Source: a virus (taxonomy: Duplodnaviria; Heunggongvirae; Uroviricota; Caudoviricetes). From it: 14,868 bases of DNA. The notes beneath the pieces were generated by a model, which had not been told where the DNA came from, searched no databases, and was given only the letters and a program-made list of their open reading frames with translations. This document shows, in pieces, positions 1 through 8,529 of the stretch. Position 1 is the first letter of the stretch. Every line of letters begins with the position of its first letter. The translations under genes were made by a program, and so were the position numbers. The stretch spans positions 1-14,868 of IMG/VR virus record IMGVR_UViG_2563366990_000002; one strand, 5' to 3'.

Positions 1-12
1 GAAATGTAAGGC

Positions 13-318
13 TTATGGGTCATTTCTGCGTTCCTTCTGCTTCAGGTAGCGGTCTGCCAGACGGCAAAAGCATTCTTCAATAAAGGCGCTGCCCATAATG
101 CCCAGCGCGCACGCCAGACCGACCACAACCAGTTCCGGCATGTCCGGAAATTTAAACAGCGGAATGGCGGCAACCGGTGCCACGGCAGAGCCCATAATCA
201 TTCGCCCGATAAGCAGACGGGCTGTGATGCGATCGCGGCTCACCATGAGACGCCCCAGCCCGATGGCAGCACCGATGATAATCAGTTTTGCCAGGAGTGA
301 AGTCTGACCGTCCGGCAT
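13..318 (-). CDS. small phage membrane protein, possibly holin-like (function tentative)
   Basis: 101-aa ORF with about three hydrophobic helix-like segments (LLAKLIIIGAAIGLGRLMV, IMGSAVAPVAAIPLF, LVVVGLACALGIMGSAFI); ATG at 318 lies 4 nt after the stop of the upstream tube-like gene, with a GGGGTGA Shine-Dalgarno-like motif. Product inferred from size and hydrophobicity only. Confidence 0.45.
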   Translation of the reverse strand: MPDGQTSLLAKLIIIGAAIGLGRLMVSRDRITARLLIGRMIMGSAVAPVAAIPLFKFPDMPELVVVGLACALGIMGSAFIEECFCRLADRYLKQKERRNDP

Positions 319-322
319 GGCA

Positions 323-784
323 TCACCCCTTCAGATCGCGGGTGTCACGGGCTGACAGGTAGGGCACGCCGTCAATGCTGATAAAGTCCGGGCTTGTGAC
401 CATGAACTTGATTTTTTTCGTGGTCTTTCCGGCTTCACCTGCGCTGATGTTCACCACGTCCGACAACATGGGGACGCAGCCGAATACCTCGATTTTTTCC
501 TCCTCGCTGCCGTTGTTGGCATAAAAGAGAAAATCCTTTTCAGGAATGGCACGCCACGACCCCGCAGAGCGGGCCACAGCACCAAACTTTTTAAAGTTCT
601 GCGCGTCGACTTCCACCTCCACATCGGCAGAAACAGAACCACGGGTGTAGCCGTTTGGCACGCCGCGCGTCTGTGCCACGGCGCTGTTGTCGGTGATGGT
701 GACGGTGGCGCTTTCCACGTGGATCATGATCCCGTCGTAGTTGATATCAAACGCGCCGCCGCTGATACGTTCATTTCCGGCCAT
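323..784 (-). CDS. putative phage tail tube-like structural protein
   Basis: 153 aa from ATG at 784 (MAGNERISGG...), preceded by GGAG; start lies 1 nt after the stop of the upstream sheath-like gene. Size and position directly after the sheath-like gene suggest a tube protein; I chose the 784 start over the longer 814 start because 814 overlaps the sheath-like gene. Confidence 0.5.
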   Translation of the reverse strand: MAGNERISGGAFDINYDGIMIHVESATVTITDNSAVAQTRGVPNGYTRGSVSADVEVEVDAQNFKKFGAVARSAGSWRAIPEKDFLFYANNGSEEEKIEVFGCVPMLSDVVNISAGEAGKTTKKIKFMVTSPDFISIDGVPYLSARDTRDLKG

Positions 785-785
785 G

Positions 786-1931
786 TCAGATCTCCAGTGC
801 TGTGTCGAGTTCAATACTTACGCCAATGGCTTTTGCGCTCTCGTAGGGGCGTACCACAATGTAAATCTGCACGTGTGTACTGCTGGTCCAGACGATGGTG
901 ATATCCCCGTCCTGTGGCGGTTTAACCTCGCCGGGGAACGGTACGCCGTTAATCTCCGTGGCGAGCGCCATTTCACGCAGCGTGCGGCTGAAATATGTCT
1001 GGCTGGCGGCAATGCTGCCCGGTGTGCTGTTGAGTGCGCGATCCGCAAGGCGGGCAATGGCGCGCAGACGTACACGGCGGGAGACCTTATCCACCACGCG
1101 CACGTTTTCGATGACCTGGTAATCGCCCCCCTCCACATCAAGGGTGCGTCCGTCTGACCAGTAGAGCCCGTCGAAATCGTGATACCACATGGGCACGCTG
1201 AAGCGTTTGCCTTCCAGCGAGCGCAGCGTGGCCAGCTCAAGGGGCTGTTTCTTGCCGTCCTGCGGGATCTCATCGTTACCCATCGCCACCAGGGCACCGG
1301 TTGCCACACGTGCCGGACTGTCCGCAACGGTGACGGAAGGATTACAGAGACGGCCCGCCAGTACGCCGGGCTCATTTCCCCATAAGCGGGGAACCACCAT
1401 CACGCCAGGTGCTGCCACGCCGTCCTGTATGGCACTGATGCGGGTGACGTATGCCGCCCATGCCTCATCCTTGCCCGGTCCGGCCACGCACAGCATGAAC
1501 CAGACAAAGCGGCCATAAGCGGACTGAAGCAGGGCGCGGGTTTCGGTGGCGCGGTTAACGGCATCTTTGGCCGTGATGTCAATGGCAATCACCACGCCCT
1601 CGGCAGAGGCGATGGTCTGCGCTTTTTTCACCGCGTCCACCCATGCGGCGTTAGCGTCGCCACCCTCCGGTGCCGGGGGTTTGGGTTCAGACAGAACGTG
1701 AACATAGGCAAACCAGTTCTGGCCACCGTTGGCGATTGCGGCGCTAAGCGTGGATTTAAGCAGGCTTTCATCCGGTCCCAGCACGTCGTCCAGGTCGGTC
1801 TCAGGGGAGACGGAAAGGGTGTTACCTGTGTTCTTTTTGCCATAGCCCACAAAAAGCAGCGTGCGCTCCACTTCACGGGTGGCACCGTTGAAACGGTTCT
1901 GATGGCTTACGGTTACATTCGGCCAGCTCAC
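786..1931 (-). CDS. putative phage tail sheath-like structural protein
   Basis: 381-aa ORF starting with GTG at 1931, preceded by AAGGAG at 7-nt spacing; tightly packed after the virion morphogenesis gene. Sheath assignment is from size, position and general resemblance to contractile-tail structural proteins, not from a verified motif. Confidence 0.5.
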   Translation of the reverse strand: MSWPNVTVSHQNRFNGATREVERTLLFVGYGKKNTGNTLSVSPETDLDDVLGPDESLLKSTLSAAIANGGQNWFAYVHVLSEPKPPAPEGGDANAAWVDAVKKAQTIASAEGVVIAIDITAKDAVNRATETRALLQSAYGRFVWFMLCVAGPGKDEAWAAYVTRISAIQDGVAAPGVMVVPRLWGNEPGVLAGRLCNPSVTVADSPARVATGALVAMGNDEIPQDGKKQPLELATLRSLEGKRFSVPMWYHDFDGLYWSDGRTLDVEGGDYQVIENVRVVDKVSRRVRLRAIARLADRALNSTPGSIAASQTYFSRTLREMALATEINGVPFPGEVKPPQDGDITIVWTSSTHVQIYIVVRPYESAKAIGVSIELDTALEI

Positions 1932-1942
1932 GGTGTGACTCC

Positions 1943-2707
1943 TTATCTGATATCCTGTGCGTCAACGTCCAGGCCGTAGCCCATTGCGTTCATCTGGCGT
2001 GCCAGGATGTGTGAAAATTCTTCGTTTGTTACCCCCAGAAAGACGCGCGACGGAAGGGTAATGGTCCATGTCCTTGGGCTGTTACGTTGTCGTATTCCCG
2101 GACCATCACTGCTGTGAAGGTCGCGAAAATTTTCCCAGTCGTCGCGCTCAAATCTTGCCAGCAGCCAGCCTGCCTGTCGGTTAGATACCCTTCTCCGTAT
2201 CATTGACAGGGTGGCTTTTCGCCAGCGCTTGCCGCTTTTCAGCTCAAGCCCCCATGCTCTCAGCGCCTGTGCCTGCTTCAGGGAACACGGTACGGAACGC
2301 CCCGGTTTTTTGTGCCGGAAGCTGTCGCCGTGATAGCGGATGGTGGCGCCGTTGTGATGTGCCCACGCGACGTTACTCGCCGACGCTGTCGGGCCGTATC
2401 TGACTGCGCGGAAATACACCTTCACCGCGTCCTGTCCCGGTATCTCCCGCACTGCCATAAGGCGCGGGAGTTTTTTAAGCATCTTTCCGGTGTTCTTGCC
2501 TGCCTTCTTTTTTTTATTTTTCCGTGGTTCCCACGGCGTGCCGTCTGGTGCGCACTGGTTGCGCTGATGGCGTCTGGCTGCGGCGATAATGCCGTGCCGG
2601 GCAATACGCCATAACAGGCGATGGCGTTTTTTCGGGGGCAGATCCAGCGACTGAAGCATCGCCTGCGCTTCTGCCAGCTGCTGCGGGTTCAGCTGGCCGC
2701 TTATCAT
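1943..2707 (-). CDS. phage virion morphogenesis / tail completion protein (P2 gpS-like family), longer than P2 gpS
   Basis: 254-aa ORF whose ATG overlaps the stop of the upstream gene (ATGA at 2704-2707). The N-terminal region with a PDGTPWEPRK-type segment and basic patch resembles the virion morphogenesis family as I recall it. Contains a Lys-rich stretch encoded by an A8 run. Confidence 0.6.
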   Translation of the reverse strand: MISGQLNPQQLAEAQAMLQSLDLPPKKRHRLLWRIARHGIIAAARRHQRNQCAPDGTPWEPRKNKKKKAGKNTGKMLKKLPRLMAVREIPGQDAVKVYFRAVRYGPTASASNVAWAHHNGATIRYHGDSFRHKKPGRSVPCSLKQAQALRAWGLELKSGKRWRKATLSMIRRRVSNRQAGWLLARFERDDWENFRDLHSSDGPGIRQRNSPRTWTITLPSRVFLGVTNEEFSHILARQMNAMGYGLDVDAQDIR

Positions 2708-3177
2708 TCGCGGCTCCTGCTGACAAACAGCTCCATGGTTTCCGCCGTCCAGATTTCAGGGTTAACCAGTGTCCAGCGTTTCCCCCTGTACGGAACGGGG
2801 CCGTCTTCCTGCACCCGGATGATCAGCGGGTCAGCCAGTCCCACCGTGATATCGAGAAGGCACGAGTCCTCATCGTTAAACTGCGGGTCGACGTTCACAT
2901 CCTCCGGGCGGAATTCCTCCCTCAGTGGGTCCGCGTGCTCTTCCAGCCAGGCCATGACCAGCGCGTAAACCAGCCCCGGTGAGTATTTACGGAACGGGAA
3001 GTTATCCCATGCAATCACGCCGGTGTACGTCATCACGCCCATGCGGATCTGGTCGTTACCCAGCGCCTTCTGACTGCGGATAAGCTGCGCGTCTTCCTGA
3101 CTGCTCATGAAGAACTGCATGGCGTCAGGCGGCAGATTTTCGGTAATGAAGGCGGTCAGGCTTTCCAGCTGGTTCAT
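2704..3177 (-). CDS. phage tail completion / head-tail joining protein (P2 gpR-like, tentative)
   Basis: 157-aa ORF; its ATG overlaps the stop of gpL (ATGA at 3174-3177) and its stop overlaps the start of the next gene. Position directly after gpL and before the gpS-like gene, plus size, suggest a gpR-like completion protein. Confidence 0.5.
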   Translation of the reverse strand: MNQLESLTAFITENLPPDAMQFFMSSQEDAQLIRSQKALGNDQIRMGVMTYTGVIAWDNFPFRKYSPGLVYALVMAWLEEHADPLREEFRPEDVNVDPQFNDEDSCLLDITVGLADPLIIRVQEDGPVPYRGKRWTLVNPEIWTAETMELFVSRSRE

Positions 3178-3647
3178 ATGATGTGCACTCCTGCGCGTCT
3201 GTGCCCCAGCATGTTACGCATGACCAGCGAGGCTTCAGCCAGTAAGGTGGCGCGTGTGTCCTCGCTTTCCTGCCCCGGATAGGTTTCACGGCGACCAATG
3301 GTGGCGAACTCGCCCATAAGATCGGCCTTGGCACGGGCATAAACGGCCTTTTTGTACTGTGCGACCAGCTGGGTTTCATCGCCCATCCTGGCCCCCGGTA
3401 CGTCTGCGGCGCGTTCATGCCCCTGCGCCTTCCAGTGCGCCACAACCGGCGCCAGCGTGGTGTTCACCTCGGCCACTGCGGCAAGCAGCGCCATGGCCGC
3501 CGTGTCGTCGGGTAAATCAGCCGGAAGCGTGCGTGACCCCTGAAGCTCAGCCAGATCAAGGTCCGGCCAGAACGGCTCGCCGTTTGTCACCGTCTGCGGT
3601 GTGGATTTCAGCGGTTTACCGCTGACGCTGAAGCTCGGTTCGCTCAT
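3174..3647 (-). CDS. L: phage head completion / stabilization protein (P2 gpL family)
   Basis: 157 aa from ATG at 3647 (MSEPSFSVSGKPL...), preceded by GAGG at about 6-nt spacing. Size is close to P2 gpL (about 169 aa) and it sits immediately after the small terminase gene as in the P2 O-N-M-L order. Confidence 0.8.
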   Translation of the reverse strand: MSEPSFSVSGKPLKSTPQTVTNGEPFWPDLDLAELQGSRTLPADLPDDTAAMALLAAVAEVNTTLAPVVAHWKAQGHERAADVPGARMGDETQLVAQYKKAVYARAKADLMGEFATIGRRETYPGQESEDTRATLLAEASLVMRNMLGHRRAGVHII

Positions 3648-3754
3648 GACGTGCCTCATATGAATAAAAAGGCGGGCTGTCCGGGATTCCACGGCCATAC
3701 AGTTTCCGTCACTGATGCCTCCTCCCGCGCCCGCCCGGCCCTGCGGGTAGTCGT

Positions 3755-4453
3755 TTACGCTACATTAAGGGCGCTGATGCGTGCCCTGATGCGCGCCCTG
3801 ATACTTTTTACGCCAGCGGTACGGCTCAGTGCTGCCGCCTGTGCCAGGTATGCGTCTGCCTTTTCCAGTACGGCAGTATCATTAATCGCGGTGGCTCTCG
3901 GTTTGCCCGCCTCGTCGCGCAGAAGATACAGCCCGGCAAATCTGAACCACTTCGCGCGGATTTCCTCATGCAGCCGCCACGTGGTGGTGACGTTCCTGAA
4001 GGTGCGCGAAAAATACGGCTCTATGCTGTGTCCGGCCTCGCTGTTGTCGGTGGCCCACTGCAGCACCGTGTCGGCCACGAAGGCGGGCAGGGTGCTACGG
4101 AAGTTGTCCGGCGTGGCCTGGCCTTCACTGATGGCAATGTCTGCCCAGTCAAGGGCGCGACTCAGGTCGCCCGTGTCGAACAGCCAGATGATGCAGTACA
4201 CCAGTACCGGGCAGGCGTGGCGCTTTCCGTCAGCGATATAGCGCTCCGCGACGGGCAGCCAGCGCGGCAGGAGAATGTCGCGCTTGAACGCCAGCCGCTC
4301 TTCACGGACCGGAAGACTGCGCAGCCGTGCCACATCGCGATCAAGCTCCGCGCGTAACAGGTGGAAGCTGACCGGGGAGGCCGTCAGCGCCTCCCGGCGT
4401 TCGAGTGCCTCCTGTGTGCGGATTTTCGCCCGGTGTCGCTGGCAGGGTGTCAT
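3755..4453 (-). CDS. M: terminase small (endonuclease) subunit, P2 gpM family
   Basis: 232-aa ORF directly after the major capsid gene; size and position match P2 gpM (about 247 aa). C-terminus carries an in-frame IRARIRAR repeat. Confidence 0.85.
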   Translation of the reverse strand: MTPCQRHRAKIRTQEALERREALTASPVSFHLLRAELDRDVARLRSLPVREERLAFKRDILLPRWLPVAERYIADGKRHACPVLVYCIIWLFDTGDLSRALDWADIAISEGQATPDNFRSTLPAFVADTVLQWATDNSEAGHSIEPYFSRTFRNVTTTWRLHEEIRAKWFRFAGLYLLRDEAGKPRATAINDTAVLEKADAYLAQAAALSRTAGVKSIRARIRARISALNVA

Positions 4454-4470
4454 TGCGCCGCCCTCTGTGC

Positions 4471-5490
4471 TTATGCGCCGACGTCTTCGGCTTCTTCTGC
4501 GCCCTTGATGGTCAGCTTGTCGTAGGCCGCGTAAATTTCGTCGTGCTCCACGGCGTAACCTTCCATGCGCAGATAGTTATTTTCAAAACGCTTGCGATCG
4601 TCGTTCCACTCCGCACGGCGCTGACGGGTGCCGCGCTGCGTGTAGATGTGAAGGTTTGCCAGCGTGGTGACAATCAGGCGCCCTTCCGGCATGAACGGCG
4701 GGGTGTATGCTGTCAGCCCGGCGATCTGGCGACCGATAAGCTGCGCGGCCACTTTTTCCGTGGGGGCGTCGATGGCGTTAAGCAGCGTCACCTTGTCCTG
4801 TGCCACAAGATCGGGCGCAACCAGTACCACCAGATCCGGATGACCGCGATACGACTCATCAATGAGGGTATGCACGAGGTCTGCCACGGCTGCATCCAGC
4901 CCGATAAAGTCGCCACCCTTGCCCAGCGTCGGGCCAGCCTCCACGATCTGTTTTGCGCTGCGGCCTTTGACGATGGCATGCCAGCCGGTGTTGACGTCCT
5001 CGCCGTTTTTGTTGGTTACCGGGTCGGTATCTTCGGCTACGCTGGTACCGTTAAAGGCGATGCGCAGGATATCCAGCGCAATCTGTCTGTTAACGAAATT
5101 CTGAATGCGGTTAAAGAACTCGTTTTCACTTCCTGCGTTCGCCCAGGTGACCAGTGTGGTGTACAGGAGGTGGGCGCCGGAATCGGTTTCAGCCAGCTTG
5201 TATTCATTCCCGGTAACACCCAGCGGAAGGGTGAAGCGGGCATTTTTTTTACGTCCGGTATGGAGGCCCGGAACGCCGGTGGTAACCACCTGGCCTGTCA
5301 CCTGTTCAACATCCAGCACGTTCGGCAGTTTTGATAAAAACTCGTCGGAGTGCATGATGGCGTCACGCAGCGCGGTCTCCTTCGGGTCAGACAGCGCAAA
5401 ATAGCGTGTGACGTCGTCAACTCCGTTTGCCGCACCCAGCCCGGCAGCGTACTTACGAAGCAGTGATTCGGTTTTCTGGTTCAGTTGCAT
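4471..5490 (-). CDS. N: major capsid protein, P2 gpN family
   Basis: 339-aa ORF between the scaffold and small terminase genes; size close to P2 gpN (about 357 aa) and conserved gene order. Uninterrupted long ORF with normal amino-acid composition. Confidence 0.9.
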   Translation of the reverse strand: MQLNQKTESLLRKYAAGLGAANGVDDVTRYFALSDPKETALRDAIMHSDEFLSKLPNVLDVEQVTGQVVTTGVPGLHTGRKKNARFTLPLGVTGNEYKLAETDSGAHLLYTTLVTWANAGSENEFFNRIQNFVNRQIALDILRIAFNGTSVAEDTDPVTNKNGEDVNTGWHAIVKGRSAKQIVEAGPTLGKGGDFIGLDAAVADLVHTLIDESYRGHPDLVVLVAPDLVAQDKVTLLNAIDAPTEKVAAQLIGRQIAGLTAYTPPFMPEGRLIVTTLANLHIYTQRGTRQRRAEWNDDRKRFENNYLRMEGYAVEHDEIYAAYDKLTIKGAEEAEDVGA

Positions 5491-5501
5491 GTTGCGTATC
5501 C

Positions 5502-6560
5502 TTAAACAAAGTCAAACGGTTTTTCGCTTTCTGCCGGTGTGCCGGCCGGGCGTGGCGTGATGCCGGTGGCTGACAGCTTCGTGGTCAGGTCGTTAAGTTT
5601 TTCGGCAATGGCTTTGATTTCTTCTTTGTCGGTGTCGTCCCGGCGACGGGCGGCAAAGCGGCGGTAACGTTCGCCTTTTTCCGGTGTGATGGTGCTGAAG
5701 GCTTTGATGGCGTCTTCCAGCTTCGCTTTTGCAGCGGTAAAGGCTTCGGCCTTAACCTCGTCTTCCGGGGCGGCTTTCACTTCTTCTGCCAGCTCTGCCA
5801 CCTCTGCGGCGGCGTCGGCGATTTCGGCGGCGATTTCCGCGACTTCGGCTTTTGCTTCTTCCGGCGTGTCTGCTGTGCCCTCGCCAGCGGCAGCGGCGCT
5901 GCCGCCTTCCACCAGGGTGATCAGCTTTTCAAGCAGTGCTTTAATTTCGTCCATTTTTGCGTCCTCGCCTGTATCAGGCTTACTGGTATCGGTGTTGTCG
6001 GTGTTGTCGGTCTGTCCTGCGCTGAACAGGCGTTTCAGGAATGATTCAGGTTTACTGGGGGCATGGGTGGTGTCCGGTGACAGGCTGCCCAGCGTGAACG
6101 TCTGGCAGTTCGCCCGCTGTGCTGTGTATTCCTCGTTGTTCAGGGTGAAGCGTATTTTTTCCGTCCCCAGACTGGCGGGGATATCCGTCACCGCCACGCC
6201 CAGGAGATAGTCGCGTCCGCTCCGGGCGAAGTTCTCCACTATCTCGGCGGATGTGAACAGCTTCTGCCCCAGTCTGTTGGCTTCAATCAGGTACTGGTTA
6301 GGGACCAGCCGCGCGTAGAGGCGGGTTTTACCGTCCTCGCCGGTTTCCGCTTTCAGTGAGTCCACTTCACCCAGATTACTGGTGTACTGGCGGTGTCCGA
6401 TTTCTTCCTCATGCCAGGGCCACAGCATCGCCGTGTAGGTGTTGCGGGAATAGGTTTCAGCGGCATCAGTCAGCCACTGCGGATCAATTTCGCGGCCGTC
6501 AACGGTCGGTCCTGATGTGGCGATACATATCCAGTCGGTCATCAACGTTGGCTGCGGCAT
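5502..6560 (-). CDS. O: capsid scaffolding protein, P2 gpO family, with extended Ala/Glu-rich region
   Basis: 352 aa from ATG at 6560 (MPQPTLMTDW...), preceded by GAGG. First gene of the minus-strand late operon, followed by the capsid gene. Long Ala/Glu/Lys-rich coiled-coil-like region typical of scaffold proteins. The ORF track's longer 408-aa version starts inside the regulatory region and is less likely. Confidence 0.85.
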   Translation of the reverse strand: MPQPTLMTDWICIATSGPTVDGREIDPQWLTDAAETYSRNTYTAMLWPWHEEEIGHRQYTSNLGEVDSLKAETGEDGKTRLYARLVPNQYLIEANRLGQKLFTSAEIVENFARSGRDYLLGVAVTDIPASLGTEKIRFTLNNEEYTAQRANCQTFTLGSLSPDTTHAPSKPESFLKRLFSAGQTDNTDNTDTSKPDTGEDAKMDEIKALLEKLITLVEGGSAAAAGEGTADTPEEAKAEVAEIAAEIADAAAEVAELAEEVKAAPEDEVKAEAFTAAKAKLEDAIKAFSTITPEKGERYRRFAARRRDDTDKEEIKAIAEKLNDLTTKLSATGITPRPAGTPAESEKPFDFV

Positions 6561-6726
6561 CGTGGCCTCTTTTACGTGAAAATCTGAAGAACTCCGGTGA
6601 GTGTCGGGATTTTTACAGCGGGGGGCTACTGGCTGAATTCGGCTGTCTTCGGATAACGTGGGATAGCCGAACACAGCCGAAATTTTCTGCCTGAATGCGG
6701 GCCGGATGCGCCGCCATAATGGGCGC
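6561..6726. promoter_or_regulatory. divergent late-promoter region between the gpO and gpP operons
   Basis: 166-bp non-coding gap between divergently transcribed capsid and terminase/portal operons. Contains a 13-bp imperfect inverted repeat (CGGCTGTCTTCGG at 6640-6652, CCGAACACAGCCG at 6667-6679) and a TGT-N10-ACA element at 6602-6617. In P2 the equivalent region carries Ogr-activated late promoters. Confidence 0.55.
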
Positions 6727-8529
6727 ATGGCTAAATATTCTGACGAAATTAAAGAGGCGGCCCGCTCGCTTTATCTGAAGCGGTGGCATCCCCGAGATAT
6801 TGCGGCGGAGCTCGGTATTCCGCCGCGCACGGTTTACCACTGGTGTGATGTGGGGCAGTGGGCCGCCCTGCTGCCCGCTGAATCCGTTGAGGAGGTGATC
6901 GCCCGGCGTATTGATGTGCTGACCGGGCGCGAGGGTAAGACGGAGTGCGAACTTGCCGAACTGCGCGAGCTTATCGCACAGCACGTGAAGATTATCGCCC
7001 AGAAAAACAAACACGCTGAAAGGATGGCGGAAATTGCCGCCACGCGTCCGGCAGTGTGCGACGACGGTGTGGCGGCGACCAGCGGCGGGGGGGAAGGGAA
7101 AAAGCGGCGCTACCGGAAAAACAACGTTTCCGGGCTGACTGCTGAAATGCTGGATGCATGGGCGCGTAAAAATCTTTATGCCTACCAGCTGCACTGCCGC
7201 GAGAACCGGCACCGTGAGTGGCGTTTCATCCTCAAGAGTCGCCAGATAGGCATGACCTGGTATTTTGCATGGGAGGCGTTCGAAGATGCGGTGGTGACTG
7301 GTGATAACCAGATATTCTTTTCTGCGTCACGGGTTCAGGCGGAAATCTTCCGCGAATATATTATTAATTTCGCCCTGCAGTTCGGGATCACGCTCACGGG
7401 TAAGCATATCCGTTTAAGCAATGGCGCAATGCTGCGTTTCCTGTCCACCAATGCCAGTACCGCCCAGGGATTTAACGGCCACCTTTACGGCGATGAGGTG
7501 TTCTGGATCCCAAAATTCACGCGACTGCATGAAGTGGCCTCGGCAATGGCAACCCACGACAAATACCGCACGACGTACTTTTCGACACCCAGCGCCAAAA
7601 CCCACCAGGCTTATCTGGTCTGGAACGGTGACGACTGGCGCGGGGATGATCCGGCGCGTCGTGCTGTTGAGTTTCCGAAAGAAAGCGCGATGCGTGTGGG
7701 CTGTGAATGCCCTGACGGGATCTGGCGCTACATTATCCGGCTGGAAGAGGCGGTGGCGGGTGGCCTGTCTGCACGGGTTGATATTGAACGTATCAGGAAC
7801 CGCTACAACCCGACCACCTATGCGATGCTGTACGGCTGCGAGTTTGTTGACAGCAAGGATGCGGTATTTAAGTTCTCCGAACTGGTCAGGTGTGAGGTGG
7901 AGATGGAGACGTGGGGTGACTACGATCCCACGGCGGCACGTCCGTTCGGCAATCGTGAGGTGTGGGCGGGCTTTGACCCGTCAAGGTCCGGGGATAATTC
8001 CACGTTTGTAATTGTGGCTCCGCCTGTCCATGAGGGCGAGCGGTTCCGTGTGCTCGCCGTCTGGCAGTGGCAGGGATTTAACTTCACCTGGCAGGCCGAT
8101 CAGATCCGCGAACTGATGCAGCGCTTTAACATTACCTATATCGGCATAGATATCACCGGTATCGGGAAAGGGGTGTTTGATATCGTCAGTCGCTTTGCGC
8201 CACGTGAGGCTAACGCCATTCTTTACAGCGTGGAGAGCAAAAACCGCCTGGTGATGAAAATGATAGACGTGGTGGCCCATAAGCGTATCGAGTGGGCGAA
8301 AGACGCCATTGATGAGGCCAGCCGTGAACGCACGGAGATCCCCGCGTCGTTCATGTCCATACGCCGCACCACCACAAAAAGCGGTAACGCGCTGACGTTC
8401 GTGGCGGAACGGTCGGATGTTACGGGGCATGCGGATGTGTTTTTTGCCATTTCGCACGCCGTGATTAATGAGCCTGTAGATTATGACTATGAACGCCCGT
8501 CCACATGGGCCTTCGGGAAAGCCGCATGA
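6727..8529 (+). CDS. P: terminase large (ATPase) subunit, P2 gpP family
   Basis: 600 aa from ATG at 6727 (MAKYSDEIK...); size matches P2 gpP (about 590 aa). Divergent from gpO and followed by the portal gene with a 4-nt ATGA overlap. An alternative start at 6706 would add 7 aa. Confidence 0.9.
   Translation: MAKYSDEIKEAARSLYLKRWHPRDIAAELGIPPRTVYHWCDVGQWAALLPAESVEEVIARRIDVLTGREGKTECELAELRELIAQHVKIIAQKNKHAERMAEIAATRPAVCDDGVAATSGGGEGKKRRYRKNNVSGLTAEMLDAWARKNLYAYQLHCRENRHREWRFILKSRQIGMTWYFAWEAFEDAVVTGDNQIFFSASRVQAEIFREYIINFALQFGITLTGKHIRLSNGAMLRFLSTNASTAQGFNGHLYGDEVFWIPKFTRLHEVASAMATHDKYRTTYFSTPSAKTHQAYLVWNGDDWRGDDPARRAVEFPKESAMRVGCECPDGIWRYIIRLEEAVAGGLSARVDIERIRNRYNPTTYAMLYGCEFVDSKDAVFKFSELVRCEVEMETWGDYDPTAARPFGNREVWAGFDPSRSGDNSTFVIVAPPVHEGERFRVLAVWQWQGFNFTWQADQIRELMQRFNITYIGIDITGIGKGVFDIVSRFAPREANAILYSVESKNRLVMKMIDVVAHKRIEWAKDAIDEASRERTEIPASFMSIRRTTTKSGNALTFVAERSDVTGHADVFFAISHAVINEPVDYDYERPSTWAFGKAA

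Noticed and set aside
818-1375. 185-aa alternate-frame ORF inside the sheath-like gene
   Set aside because: Same-strand frame-shifted overlap with an Arg/Trp/Pro-rich composition; no evidence of a programmed frameshift site.
4405-5334. 309-aa plus-strand ORF antisense to the major capsid gene
   Set aside because: Lies entirely opposite a well-supported capsid ORF in GC-rich DNA, has no ribosome-binding site and a Gly/Val/Arg-heavy composition typical of spurious antisense frames.
3767-6015. CRISPR array or other interspaced repeat array
   Set aside because: The only repeats are short in-frame tandem repeats of 9 and 12 bp inside coding genes; there are no repeat-spacer units.
6613-7212. 199-aa minus-strand ORF antisense to the 5' end of the large terminase gene
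   Set aside because: Overlaps the promoter region and the terminase gene and has no start context; a GC-rich alternative-frame artefact.
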